Assembly: GCF_009914755.1 (NCBI RefSeq)
Contig: NC_060938.1
Direction: 5' to 3' (one strand)
Origin: the human T2T-CHM13v2.0 reference genome, Homo sapiens
DNA length: 64,000 bases
Shown here: positions 12,371-24,550 of the stretch, piece by piece
Position numbering within the stretch: position 1 is the first letter of the stretch
Layout: the number at the start of each line of letters is the position of its first letter
Program-made: the position numbers and the translations under genes
Notes under the pieces: model-generated
The model's input: the letters and a program-made list of their open reading frames with translations, nothing else
Told to the model about the DNA's origin: nothing
The model's database searches: none

Positions 12371-14694
12371 ATCCATGAAAATGTGCATTCTTTCTTAATT
12401 CTATACACATTACCACTTTGGAGGAATGTTCCTATTTTCAAGAAATACAGTATTTAAAAATTGTAATGAGTTTCAAAGACATAAATTCTCGATGGCATTA
12501 AAACCACCGGAAGGGAGACGTTTTCTGTTATTAAAAATGTCACTTTATACACAGATGTTTTCTATTAAAGAAATAAAGTAAACCCACAAATAATCTGATA
12601 GAATAGTAGTAGTGTTCACCCTTTGTATGAAGATAATCAATACAAGCCATATCCTTCAACTACTCCTTAAATTAAATAGTACTTATAGTAAAACTAAATT
12701 TTATTGCAGAAATCTGAATTCATAAATCCAAATGCCTCAGTGTCTATGCAAGTGAAAAACTGACCAAGTGTAGTCCTGGAGAGCTTATGCTCTGCCTAAT
12801 AAGGTCAAAAGATGCTAAGTTCTTTCAGGTTCATATTTATGTGAATTACCTCTTTTTTATTTGTTTAATGAAAACATTGCTGCCTTTTATTTTATGATAC
12901 TTTAGGCCAAGAAAGTAAACAACAGTGTTACATACCCACATGCAATTTCATGCAGTTTAAAGCCTGTGGGAATATTTCATGACTCTTTCAATATGCAAAA
13001 AGTGCCTTTTAAAATAATTTGTATTTTGAATTAAAAATGTTTAATACCATAAATGGTGATTAATAAATAAAAGACTGAATTTTTTGTCATTCAAAGCCAG
13101 TGTTTTCACAAGCAACCAACTGATAGGCCTATGACCTAAATGAGGAGTGCTAAGGCAATAGAACCATCTATTACATAGGGAAAGTAAAGAGTCATATTCC
13201 ACAGTTTGTTATTTCATGGACTTTAATGGCATTGATTAATATTTTTTAAAATTATGCATTTCAGATATGAAGTGTGTTTCTAGGTGTATCTCCAGGAACA
13301 CAGACCACATATAGGAGAGAATAACTATATTTACAAATATAGTAGTATACATTATATAATTTTTTAAATAGATTTTTAGCATAGTAAAGCAGAAAAGAGA
13401 CAAGTTTTGGTTGAGTACTAGACATAGATAAATATTTTCATTGTATATTTATTTAAGAGATACTAATTTATGAGCTTAGCTTTCCTCTGATATTTGAATA
13501 TGATTAATTCTTATAGATTTGTGTTATAACTATTGAATCCAAGGATACATATTCTGTGCAATACTATTGTATTACATAATCCAATATACAAAACATGAGA
13601 GCTTTTATATGTACATGCAAACCAATAGATTTCTGGCAAAAAAACATAAACATGTGTGAGTTTATTTTCAGTATTATGTGAAATATTAAATATAGCACCT
13701 TATAGCACATGTTTAAAAAAAACAACAAGAATTTCAAAAGATGTGTTTTGAAACCATGCTTAAACAAGCGAAATTTTGCTGGTATCAAGCAATGAAACTT
13801 TGGCCTTGGTAGAAAGGTTCCATTGCAAAAATCCAAATTTGGAATCCATTGTGACTCTTGGCATATAAAACTCTTGGCAATATTTTGGTACCTAACAGCA
13901 AAAACTATCTTGAGTCTACAGCAATTAAGCTAAATGTTTTGTTCAATTTAACAGAAAGTGGGGAGCTGAATGTACAGAAATAAGGTAAAGTTTCAGCTTA
14001 ACTTGACTTTGATTTGATAGAGGCAGTCAAGTTTCCAATTCTAGTTCAGCGTGTAGTTGGATTTGGCTTTTCAGTTCACTAAGCCCAGCTAGAGAATCAA
14101 TACAAATTATCAGTAATTTGTCAGCATTTGATAAATGACTTAATGCCAGTGAGCTGCCACTGATCTTTATGTCATCTTTTTCTGCCTTGGTCAGCACAAT
14201 TCTTAATGCTCTAAAAACCTTTAAAAAGACAGCACCATAAAAATCGTATTCTTAAGACTTGTCCCAAGTTTGTCCAGTTTTTGCTTAAAAGGACTATAGT
14301 ACATTATAAAATGTAATGCATTATGTTTGACTATACGATAATGTAGGGCTAACAATAATATTGTACTACTAGGAAACATGTCACTAGGAGGAAAAACCAG
14401 GTGTAGTAATGTAATTAATTCATGCAAGCATTTTTTCCATATTAATTTCTTGCCAAGTACCAGGATTTTTTTCTTTCAGTTATCTTATTTTTTACATTTT
14501 ATTCATAACTGGTTGAATCATTTAGCTTAGTCACCTGATACAGATAATTAATGAGATAATGAGGAAAGGGTTTGAGTTATCACTATATAGATTAATTTGC
14601 TTCTAAAAAAAAGAAAATCTCCATTTTAACATAAGCTTTACCCATTAACCCTGTTATTGTTTAGAGAAGAGACTAGGACAAATGGCATGAAAGA

Positions 14695-15280
14695 CTGATT
14701 TAACCTGGATTCCTTAAAAAAAAACAACGCTTGAAGCCAAAGCTTACATGATAATGCTTTATTGGAGGGAAGCAAACCCAGAAAAAATGGATTGCAAAAT
14801 TGGAAAGAAAGGCAGGGAAGAGAAAAATACAATGTGGTGTGTTCACCAGTTGGCTACAGCTTCCCAATAAGCACATCTGCTTTGTCAGTCAAGTGTCATG
14901 TCTCCATAGATGTTTATGGCAACATCCCATTTCTGGGTAGTCCTAGGTTGCTCAGAATCACTCCAAGAGACATTACCTCCCTAGCACTTCTACGTTCTGT
15001 GGTGCAGCCTTTCCAGGCATCCGCTGAAGAAGTCAGAGCTTGTGCATGCAGTTTTGCAGGAGGGAAAGCAGATGGTCTCTTGTCAGCTGCCACGGTATGT
15101 GAGGGGCTACTAGTTCTATGGTGGCTGCAGCAATACAGAAAACAGTTGTGGCTTTCCTACTACTAAATGGCATGAGCCATCAGAAGGACTTCTCTGGCTT
15201 AGAAGTAAGACAACTGGCCAAGGCCTGTAGGAGGAAGTGCAGGTAGGTATACCTGGAATAAAGCATACACTGAGTCTGAT
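14695..15280 (-). mobile_element. Old ERVL-class solo LTR (LTR33-like)
   Basis: cctggattcctt...gcttgaagccaaagcttacatg...ctttattggagggaagcaaacccag...aggcagggaagagaaaaatacaatgtggtgtgtt resembles antisense LTR33-type sequence. Confidence 0.45.
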
Positions 15281-15829
15281 GTATGAATACAACTCAATCA
15301 CCAATTTAAACAAAGAACTCCCTGCATATCACTTTGAAATTGAAGAATGTAATCTAGTATAAATAATTTTTAAAAATGGTGTGGGAGGAAGGTCAGTGAA
15401 TATTAGAGAGAAGAGGAAAGATAAAGCAGAAATAGATTTCATAAACCTTGCTCTTGTGCTCATAATAAAAATATTTTTGAGTTCATGATGCTAATGTTCT
15501 ATTCCCCTCTTTGCAAATAGGGGCAAGAAATATTTCCACAGAAGATTAATCGGTTAATCTCCTCAAGTCCATGGGGACTTCGGCTCAAAATATTCCAAAT
15601 TCACTTTTCCTATGCATTATTTTATTTCTTAATGACTCAAGAGATGTGCTGTGTTCTCTTTGGAAACTGCTCATCGTTTTCTTACTCTGATTTCTTTCTC
15701 CCTCTGTTGTTGCAAAGATAAAATTATATTAAAAAGTCAATGCTTCACGGTTTATTTTATTCCTGATATCTCCCAAAGTAGTGCACTGCTTTAACCATGT
15801 TTAATCTCTGTTTGTTGGTTTATTGGTTT

Positions 15830-17030
15830 TAGTTTAACTTATTATTGAATATAATGCACACAGAGAAAAATGCACAAAACATGAAAGTATAGCACAATTA
15901 ATTATCACAAAGCAAATACTCAAGGTAACTAAGACCTGAGAGAAGTGAAAACCCAAAAGTTTTCTGAGAAAGCCCCCTCCATCATTAACCCTTTTGCAGC
16001 CTAAAATTAAAAATATGTGATATAATAAAGTCATTATAAAATAATAATAAAATAAAATAAATTGAATTTGTTAGCCCCAATTCTGTCTTTTGACATTCTG
16101 GATTAGTCTTTCCAGGATTGTCTCTTTATAAATAATTAGCATTTTCCAGTTTGCATTCTTTCTGTCTGCTTTCTTTGTACAAAATTATGTTTGTGACATT
16201 CATCTATGTTCACCATGAATAGTTTATGCATATACTGTAGCATACAGGAATACAGTATTCCATTGCATGCAAAGATCATATTTTATATATCCATTCTATT
16301 ATTGATGAATGTTCGCGCTGTTAGAAGCTTTTAAGTATTACAAAGAATACTGTTATGATAATCTATACATGTCCTTTGGTGCATATATACCTGTAGTTCT
16401 GTTTGGTATAACCTTTGAAGTAAAATTACTGGGTGAGAGGTTATGTATATTTTTAATTCAGTAGAAAATTCCAAGAAATTTTTAGTGATAGTTGCAGCAA
16501 TTTATGTACTCACCAGCAGTATATGAGAGTTTCTGCTGCTTTTGCCGCTACTTGTCCTTCAGTCTTTTTGTTGGCCTTTCTGTTCTGATTATTCTGTTGA
16601 ATGTTTAGTTTATAACATAGAGAAGCAGATTTATGGTAAGATTTTATTGGTTTCAAAATGTTTTCATAAATTTATTAGTCCTTAAAATATTCCATTCTTT
16701 GAAGTTCTTGTTCAATACTTTTTCTCCATTATCCTATTGGGTATTCTGTCTTGTTTAAATTGATATTTTGTGTTTTATTAAATCTGAATAAAATCTTCTA
16801 GTTGGCCAAATGTTACGCAAATATATTTTCCTATTATCTAAATTGATTTTTCAGAATATTTATGGCATTTTCAGATATCCTTGTCAATTTATTAGCATTT
16901 TTTTGTGTTAAGCAATTTGTTTGTCTTACTCAAGAAATACTTTTCTACCCAAGGCTATAGAGATATTTTCTGTTAGTAGCTGCAGTGTTTTACCTTTCAC
17001 ATTAGCGCAACAATCTTCTTAAAAGTGGTT
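15830..17030 (-). mobile_element. L1ME/MD 3' region
   Basis: ttattgaatataatgcacacagagaaaaatgcacaaa...ccattctattattgatgaatg...tactcaccagcagtatatgagagtt antisense L1 3'UTR/ORF2 end. Confidence 0.8.
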
Positions 17031-17074
17031 GGTCTGAAGGGGGTGAGTTTGGGGTAAGCTTCATTGTTTGTGGG

Positions 17075-17650
17075 TTTTTTTAATGTGTAATTGATATAAA
17101 ATGAACTGGTCATAGATAAAATATATATTTTGATGAGTTTGATATATGTGTAATCCTAGGAAATTATTACTACAGTCAGGATAATAAATACAGTGATTTC
17201 CTGCAAGAGTTTCTTCATGCTCTTTTATAATCCATACACTCCTTCATTCCAGGTGGCAACTGGTTACTTTATGTCATAATATATTAGTTTATAATATCTA
17301 GAATTTCATATAAATGGAATTGTAGAATGTGTAGGGTTTTGTTTTGTTTTGGTTTAGTTTTGGTCAGGAATCATTTAGTCAATATAATCAGTTTAAGATT
17401 CATCTATATTGCATGTGTCAATTGCTTCTTTTTATGCTAAGTGGTATTTTATTGTTTATTCACTAATCTGTTGACAAGCATTGAAGTTTTTTGCTTTTGT
17501 TTTTCTGTTGCTTTTTTTTGTGCAATTAAATGCCTTCACTTGCTATAAACATTCATATGTAAATCTTTGTGTGTTCATATATTTTAATATACCTTGTGTA
17601 AATACCTAGGAGTTAAATAATTGAGCCATATGGTAGTTACAGGCTTTGCT
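17075..17650 (-). mobile_element. L1MB/MC 3' end nested in older L1
   Basis: taattgatataaaatgaactg...tttgatgagtttgatatatg...tctagaatttcatataaatggaat...aaatacctaggagt. Confidence 0.75.
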
Positions 17651-17739
17651 ACCATATTATTTTGTAAAGTAATTATGCCATCTTACTAAGATGCAAGCAT
17701 CTTACATTCTGGCACTACATGACAAGCAGTGCAAGACAG

Positions 17740-18120
17740 TTGCAATGGTTTTATTAAATTGTTCTAGCAACACTTCTTGAAAGAAAAAAAACTTCTTCCA
17801 CATTGAGTTGTCTTGGTACTCTTGTCAAAATTAATAGAGCATGTATGGACCTATTTACGGACTTTCTTAACTGCTTTTCATTTTTCTATATGTTTATACC
17901 TATATGACATTGTTGTGATTAGTGTAGCTTTACAAAAAGTCTTGAAAAACATTGCACAGTTTCTCAACTTTGCTTTTCCAGCTATTCTAAAACCTTTAAT
18001 TTTCATGTGAATCATAAAACCAGTGTACTATTTTCCACAGAAAGAAATTTGCTGAGATTTTAATTAGTATTACAACCAATTTGGGGGAGAAAATCACAAT
18101 ATTAAATATTTTAATCTATT
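17740..18120 (-). mobile_element. L1ME ORF2 fragment (continuation)
   Basis: tagcaacacttcttgaaaga...ttggtactcttgtcaaaatt...ttgctgagattttaattagtattac. Confidence 0.6.
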
Positions 18121-18655
18121 AGATCTAAGAAGAAATAAATAGGAACACATTGACAGTAAGAGATTTAGCACTCCTCTTGCATTCCTGCACAGCTTAGGTG
18201 ACAGACATAACTAACGATATTGTATTGTTAAATGAAATATTATATAAAGCAGATATTTTGGATCTATATCAAAGTTCATGTGCTGATAATAGAGAATAAA
18301 CTTTTTCGAAGTTTACTTTAAACATGCCTTAATACTCACATTATCCTAATCCAGGAAGGAAGCACCAGTTTTATGAAGAATAAGTAATAAAATCCAACAT
18401 ATTATTATCTCAACTTAATACAAGCATAAGGTAATATAATAAAGCAAACAAGCAAATAAAGATATTTAAACACTTACAAATTCAAAATTATATTTGGGTC
18501 AAGGGAGAAATATAAACACAATTCACATAATAAAATAAAAAATGAACATTGCATCTAAAAATCTATGGAATGTATTTAAAAAGCTGATTATTTTAAAAAT
18601 CATTTTATAAACATATATAAGACATACTAGACAATGCACATTTTATGAGGTAAAA
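18120..18655 (+). mobile_element. Old L1 ORF2 (endonuclease region) fragment
   Basis: acagtaagagatttagcactcctcttgca resembles the IVGDFNTPLS-coding region; very degraded. Confidence 0.5.
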
Positions 18656-18661
18656 TGGCTT

Positions 18662-19182
18662 GTATCATTACTGGGTATATGCCCAAAGGATTGCAAATCA
18701 TCCTCCTATAAAACACATGCACACATATGTTTACTGCGGCACTATTCACAATAGCAAAGATTTGAAACCAACCCAGATGTCCATCAATGATAGATTGGAT
18801 TAAGAAAATATAGCACAAATACACCATGGAATACTATGCAGCCATAAAATGGATGAATTCATGTCCTTTGCAGGGACGTGGATGAAGCTAGAAACCATCA
18901 TTCTCAGCAAACTATCACAAGGACAGAAAACCAAACACGGCATGTTCTCACTCATAAGCGGGAATTGAACAATGAGAACACTTGGTCACAGGGCTGGGAA
19001 CATCACACACTAGGGCGTGTCGGGGATGGGGGGGCTGGGGGAGGGATAGCATTAGGAGAAATACCTAATGTAAATGACGTGTTGATGGGTACAGCAAACC
19101 AGCATGGCACATGTATAGCTATGTAACAAAGGTACATGTTGGGCACATGTACCCTAGAACTTAAAGTAGAATTAAAAAAAAA
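18662..19182 (+). mobile_element. L1PA (PA6-8-like) 5'-truncated 3' end
   Basis: cattactgggtatatgcccaaagg...gggagggatagcattaggagaaatacctaatgtaaatgac...gtaccctagaacttaaagta followed by poly(A). Confidence 0.95.
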
Positions 19183-19410
19183 GAGAGAATGAAAGAAAGA
19201 AAAAAGAGAAGGAAAGAAAAAAAGAAAGAAAGAAAGAGAAAGAAAGAAAGGAGGGAGGGAGAAAGAAGAAAAAGAAGGAAACAAAGAAAGAAAAAAAGAA
19301 AGGAAGGAATGGGGAGAGAGAGAAAGAAAAGGAAAAGAAAGAAAGAAAGGAAGAAAAAGAAAGAAAGGAAATTACTAAGATGAGGAAGAAAATAAGAAGG
19401 GGAACAAAAA
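19173..19410 (+). repeat. GA-rich polypurine low-complexity tract ((GAAA)n/(GGAA)n)
   Basis: About 200 bp almost purely A/G directly after the L1PA poly(A). Confidence 0.95.
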
Positions 19411-19421
19411 TCACAGAACAG

Positions 19422-19571
19422 TTTGGGAGGCCGAGGCAGTGGATAAGGAGGTCAGGAGTTCAAGACCAGCCTGGCCAACACAGTGAAACCCCGTCTCTAC
19501 TAAAAATACAAAAAATTAGCTGGGTGACAGAGCTAGACTAAGTCTAAAAAAAAAAAAAAAAAAAAAAAAAA
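19422..19571 (+). mobile_element. AluS, 5'-truncated with internal deletion of most of the right arm
   Basis: tttgggaggccgaggc...ctactaaaaatacaaaaaattagctgggtg joined directly to acagagctagact and poly(A). Confidence 0.9.
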
Positions 19572-20065
19572 GAAATAGAGAAAGTTAAGTCATCTTATAT
19601 AAAATAAAATTCACTTTGTATTTGTAAATGTCTTTCTTTTGCCCCATATAAACCCTAGATTCTGATAGCATTACTGGTGAATATTATTAAATATCTGATA
19701 GATAGATTATATTTTTACAAAAGAATCAAGGTAAAATAAGAAGAAAAAAAGAATAAGTACTTTCCAACTCATTTTACATGTCTAGAATAAACCTGATATA
19801 AAAACCTTTTAAAGAATTTTTTACAGATTAGTAGACTTCACGTGTAGACATGGATATTAATAAAATATTAACAAATAAATTTAGCAATATATAAGAAGAA
19901 AAATAAATCATGATCAAATGGTTTTAATCCCAGGAATACAAGGTTAATTTGAGGTTCAAAAAAATCTGTCAATATATTGCATTATATTTATAGATTTAAG
20001 CAAGCATCACATAGTAATCTCAATAGATTCAGAAAAAGCACTGTTACTAAATTGAAAATCTATGC

Positions 20066-20384
20066 ATGTATGTATGTATGTATGTATGCATGAGACAGAG
20101 TCTCACTTTGTCTCCCAGACTGGAGTGTGGTGGTGTGAATATTGGCTTACTGCAGCCTGGACCTCCCTGGCACAACTGGTCCTCCCGCCTCAGCCCCACA
20201 AGTAGCTGGGACTACAGGTCAATGACACCACTCCCAGATAATTTTTGTATATGTATACTTTTTCTTGTAGAGGCAGGATTTCGCCAGTGTTGCCCAGGCT
20301 GGTCTCGAACTCCTAAGCTCAAGAAATCCACCCACTGTGGCCTCCCAAAGTGCAAAGATTACAGGCATGAGCCATTTGCCCGAC
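20066..20384 (-). mobile_element. AluJ with (TATG)n-converted tail
   Basis: atgtatgtatgtatg then gagacagagtctcactttg...ggcttactgcagcctggacctcc...gattacaggcatgagcc. Confidence 0.93.
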
Positions 20385-21177
20385 TGAAAAATTCATTTAT
20401 AATAAATAAACTCAGCATATTAGAAAGAAAAAGGAACATAAACTGATCAATGGAATCCATAAAAACTTGCAGTAATGTTATAATTAATGGTGAATTACTG
20501 GATGTTTTCCCCTAATGTCAAGCATAAGACAAAGAGGTCCATTATTACCACTTCTATTCAACATTATACTGGGGGTATTACTACATGCTGCAGGGCATTA
20601 AAGAGGAATAATAGGCATACAGATCAAAAAGAAAAAGAATTCAAACTATGTATTTTTAAAAATACATCATTATGTAGAACATTCACAAGAAAATTTTTTT
20701 AAGCTACAAGAACAAATCAGTAAATTTAGAAAAGTCACAGAATACAAGATAGATATAAAATAATATCATTTATATGTGTTAAGTATAAATGATTGGGAAA
20801 TGAAACTGTAAAAACAATACCATTTACAATAGTACTAAAAACATAAAACAGTTGAGAGTAAAAATATTGAAAAACAAATTTTAACCAAATTTGGCAAAAT
20901 ATGCTTAGAGAAATTATAGAACAAATAAATAAATGCAAAAATATATTACAATCATTGAGAAGAATGCCCAATGCTGATAAGATATAAGTTCTGCTCAAAC
21001 GATTTCCTGATTCAGTTGATTCCCAGTCAAAATCTCCAGGGCTTATTTCTTGTTGCTGTTTGTTTGCTTTTTAGTTTAAAAAGTTGATCCTAAAATGTTT
21101 ATGGAAATGTAAATGACCTAGAATGATCAAACAGCAAATTTGTAGAACTTACATTATTTGATTTTAAGAATTTTTGT

Positions 21178-21494
21178 AGCCTGGGCGTGGTGGCTCACGC
21201 CTGTAATCCTAGCACTTTGGGAGGCCAAGGCAGGCGGATTGCCTGAGCTCAGGAGTTGGAGACCAGCCTCAGCAAAATGGTGAAACCCCGTCTCTACTAA
21301 AATACAAAGAATTAGCTGGGCGTGGTGGCGTGTGCCTGTAGTCCCAGCTAGGAGAGGCTGAGGCAGGAGAATTTTTGCTTGAACCCTGTAGGTGGAGGTT
21401 GCAGTGAGCCAGGATCTCACCACTGCACTCCAGCCTGGGCATCAGAACGAGACTCCATCTCAAAAAACAAAAAAAAAAAAAAAAAAAAAAAAAA
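21178..21494 (+). mobile_element. AluSx-family (Sx4-like)
   Basis: Full dimer with ggattgcctgagctcaggag; long poly(A); TSD-like aagaatttttgta / gagaattttgta. Confidence 0.96.
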
Positions 21495-21639
21495 TTGAGA
21501 ATTTTGTAAAGCAACAAAAAGTAATTAATAAATTACTGGAACAGAAATAGAACAATACATGACCAGTTGCTTACATTTGTGACAAAGGCAATTCAATGGG
21601 AAATTTAAAAAGTCTTTTCAACACAAGATTCTACAAAAA

Positions 21640-21740
21640 AATTATATATGTATATTTTCATATATATTTTTATATTTCCATATATATTCCAAATATATTC
21701 TGTATATCACGTAATATATTTTTCCATGTATATATATGGA
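21640..21740. repeat. (TA)-rich low-complexity tract
   Basis: tatatatgtatattttcatatatatttttatatttccatatatatt... Confidence 0.8.
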
Positions 21741-22257
21741 AAACAAAACCAACCTTAAATTGCTGCTCCATACAAATTTAAATGTAAAAGCTAACAGTAA
21801 CTTAAAAACAAGGAAAATATTATTGAGGATTTTTACATTGGCAAATATTGAAGAGTCAGGGCAAAAATTTCTAAACTTAGAGAAAATAAATTAGTCTTAT
21901 ATATAATATTAACTAGAAAGGAACTTGGGGAAAATTTCTGGAGAGATGGGAATATTTTAAGCCAACATGTGAGATGCATGCTTTTAATAATTTATTGAAT
22001 TATATGCTTGAATTCTGAACATTTTACCGTCTGTGCATTTAAAACTAAATATAAAATTATACAAATATAAAACAAATGCAATTCAGTAAAAACTATGTAA
22101 CAATTGAATTAAGGGATTAATTTAATAAGTAAAACTCTTAAGATATAAATCAGACTAAAATTTAGGCTGTGCAAACCATAAAAGAAAGAAAAATAACAAG
22201 AAGATAACACGAAAACAAACCATAAAAGAAAGTGGAAGTAAGAAAGAGAAAAATAAA

Positions 22258-22552
22258 GGCGAGGTGCAGTGGCTCCTGCCTGTAATCTCAACACTTTCGG
22301 AAGCGGAGGTGGGCAGATCACTTGATCCAGACGAACTGGGCAAACATGGCGAAAACCCGTCTCTACCAAAAATCCCAAAATTAGCCGGGTGTTGGCACAC
22401 ACCTGTAATCCCAGCTACTAGGAAGGCTGAGGCATGAGAATGGTTTGAACCTTGGAGGCAGACGTTCCAGTAAGCTGAGGGGGCGCCACTGCACTCCAAC
22501 GTGGGCAATAAGGTGAGAATCAGCCTCCCCCTGCCAAAAAAAAAAAAAAAAA
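22258..22552 (+). mobile_element. Alu (diverged S/J type, small internal deletion)
   Basis: ggcgaggtgcagtggctcctgcctgtaatc...ccactgcactccaacgtgggca...poly(A). Confidence 0.92.
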
Positions 22553-22924
22553 GAAAAGCAATAAGAAACATAAGACAGAAATTAATGTTTGAATACTGAA
22601 TATAGAAAAATTATAAAATTAATGAATTAATGAAAGACATGTTCTTTAACACAATTATCAAAACTGATAAAATTAAGCATTCATTTCAGGTGGAGAAAAA
22701 TAATAATTCATATAATAAAGACAAAAGGAAAATAGAAAGATATGAAACAATTTCAAAAGAAGTTTAATGAGTTCAACAAAAACACAATTGTTAGGTAGTA
22801 GATAATGTAATTAATATATCAAGCAATGATTTCCATATATATAAACAGAAACAGAAACGATTGAAAGGGAAAACTTTTTTAGAATGCAACAAAAAATAAA
22901 GTATCTACAAATAAAATTGACAAA

Positions 22925-24030
22925 AAAACTTTATTTGTAATGGACATATATAGAGAGAGGATATTTTAATACAATCATACAATGTGCTATGATCAAATCA
23001 AGGTATTTGGAATATTCATCATATCAAACATTTATCATTTTTTGTGTTGGGAACTTTGCAGATTCACTCCTCTATTTATTTTGGAAAATATATCAAATTA
23101 TTGTGAATTATAGTCACCTTTTGTGGTACCAAACACGAGATCTTATTCTTTCTAATTGTATTTTTGTACCCACTAACAAGCCCCTCTTTATGCTCCCTTT
23201 CCCATTGCCCTTTCCAGCCTCTGGTAATTGTTATCCTACTCTCTAACTCCATTAGGTTTTTGTTTTTGTTTTTGTTTTTTAGTTCCCACATATGAGTGAG
23301 GATGTAAGATATGTTTGTTTCTGTGCCTGGCCTATTTCATCCCGGTTCCATTCATGTTGTAGCAAATGACAGGATTTCATTCTTTTTATGGCTGAATTAT
23401 ATTCCATTGCATATATTTACCACATTTCCATTATCCATTCATCAGTTGATAGGTTGACTTTATATCTTGGCTATTGTGAGTAGTGCTTCAATAAGCATAG
23501 GAGTGCAGATATTTCTTTGATACATTGATTTTCTTTCTTTTGGATTTATACTCAACTGTAAGATTTCTAAATCATATGGTAACTCTATTTTAATTTTTTG
23601 AGGAATCATCATACTCTTTTCCACAGTAACTCTACTAATTTATATTCCCATCAACAATGTATAATATATAAGAATTCCTCTTTCTCCACATTGTCACCCA
23701 CATCAATTATTGTCTTTTTATAAAAGCTGTTTTAAAAGGACTGAGATGAAATCTCATTGTTGTTTTGATTTGCATTTCCCTGATGATTAATGATGCTGCA
23801 CATTTTTTCATACCTGTTGGCCATTTATATGTCTTCTTTTGAGAAATGTTTATTTAGATCCCTTGCCCATTTTTAATCAGGTTATTTGGGGGTTGTTTTT
23901 GCTAAATTGTTTGAGTAACTTGTATATTCTGGTTATTAATCCTAAGTCAGTTGAATAATTTGTAAATATTTTGTCTCATTCTGCCAGTTGTCTGTTCACT
24001 TTGTTTATTGTTTCTTTGCTGTCTTTTTTG
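22925..24030 (-). mobile_element. L1MA (MA4-7-like) 3' end, nested in an older plus-strand L1
   Basis: catacaatgtgctatgatcaaatcaaggtatttgg...tcccacatatgagtgag...tgtcttcttttgagaaatgt. Confidence 0.9.
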
Positions 24031-24054
24031 CTTTGGTTGATTGTGCTGTTGACA

Positions 24055-24550
24055 TCTTAAGGAGTCTTTAAGAGCTAAATAAGAAAAAATTAAAAATCCA
24101 CTGAAAAATACAAAACAGACTTGAACAAATGGAAGGCCATCCCATATTCTTAGAAGATAGCTTAATTTGAAAAATATATCACTTCTCTCCAAGTTTATGT
24201 GTAAATTTAATGTCATCCAACTAACAGTGCTAATTATTTTTTCTATCTAGGTAAGTTGATTAAAATTTTATATTAGCAAATAAATGAACAAAGAACACAT
24301 GAAAACATTGAAAATGAACAGAAATAAGGAAGGGAGAAGTTGCTTTCTCATATATAAAAACATACCAAAAAGCTTGTTTAATTTAAGCAGCATGAGTTTG
24401 ATGCCTGAATAGTCATATTAACAGTGAAATTGTACAAAAAGCACAGTAACACATGGAAAATACAAATGGAATTTGGTATTTGACAAATGTGGCCTCTCAA
24501 ATCACTGGTGAAAAAAAGATGAAGGCCTTAAAAAAACAGTATTGTGACAG
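24055..24550 (+). mobile_element. Old L1ME ORF2 fragment (continues 22860-22925)
   Basis: gacttgaacaaatggaaggccatcccatattctt...ggaatttggtatttgacaaatgtggc. Confidence 0.7.

Larger units (their letters stand above)
19620..21870 (+). mobile_element. Old L1 (L1MD/ME-like) ORF2, interrupted by two Alus
   Basis: ttccaactcattttac...cccaggaatacaaggttaattt...atctcaatagattcagaaaaagca...accatttacaatagt...gacaaaggcaattcaatggg. Confidence 0.8.

Noticed and set aside
19003-19414. K/R/E-rich and F/S/L-rich ORFs
   Set aside because: Translations of the polypurine simple repeat
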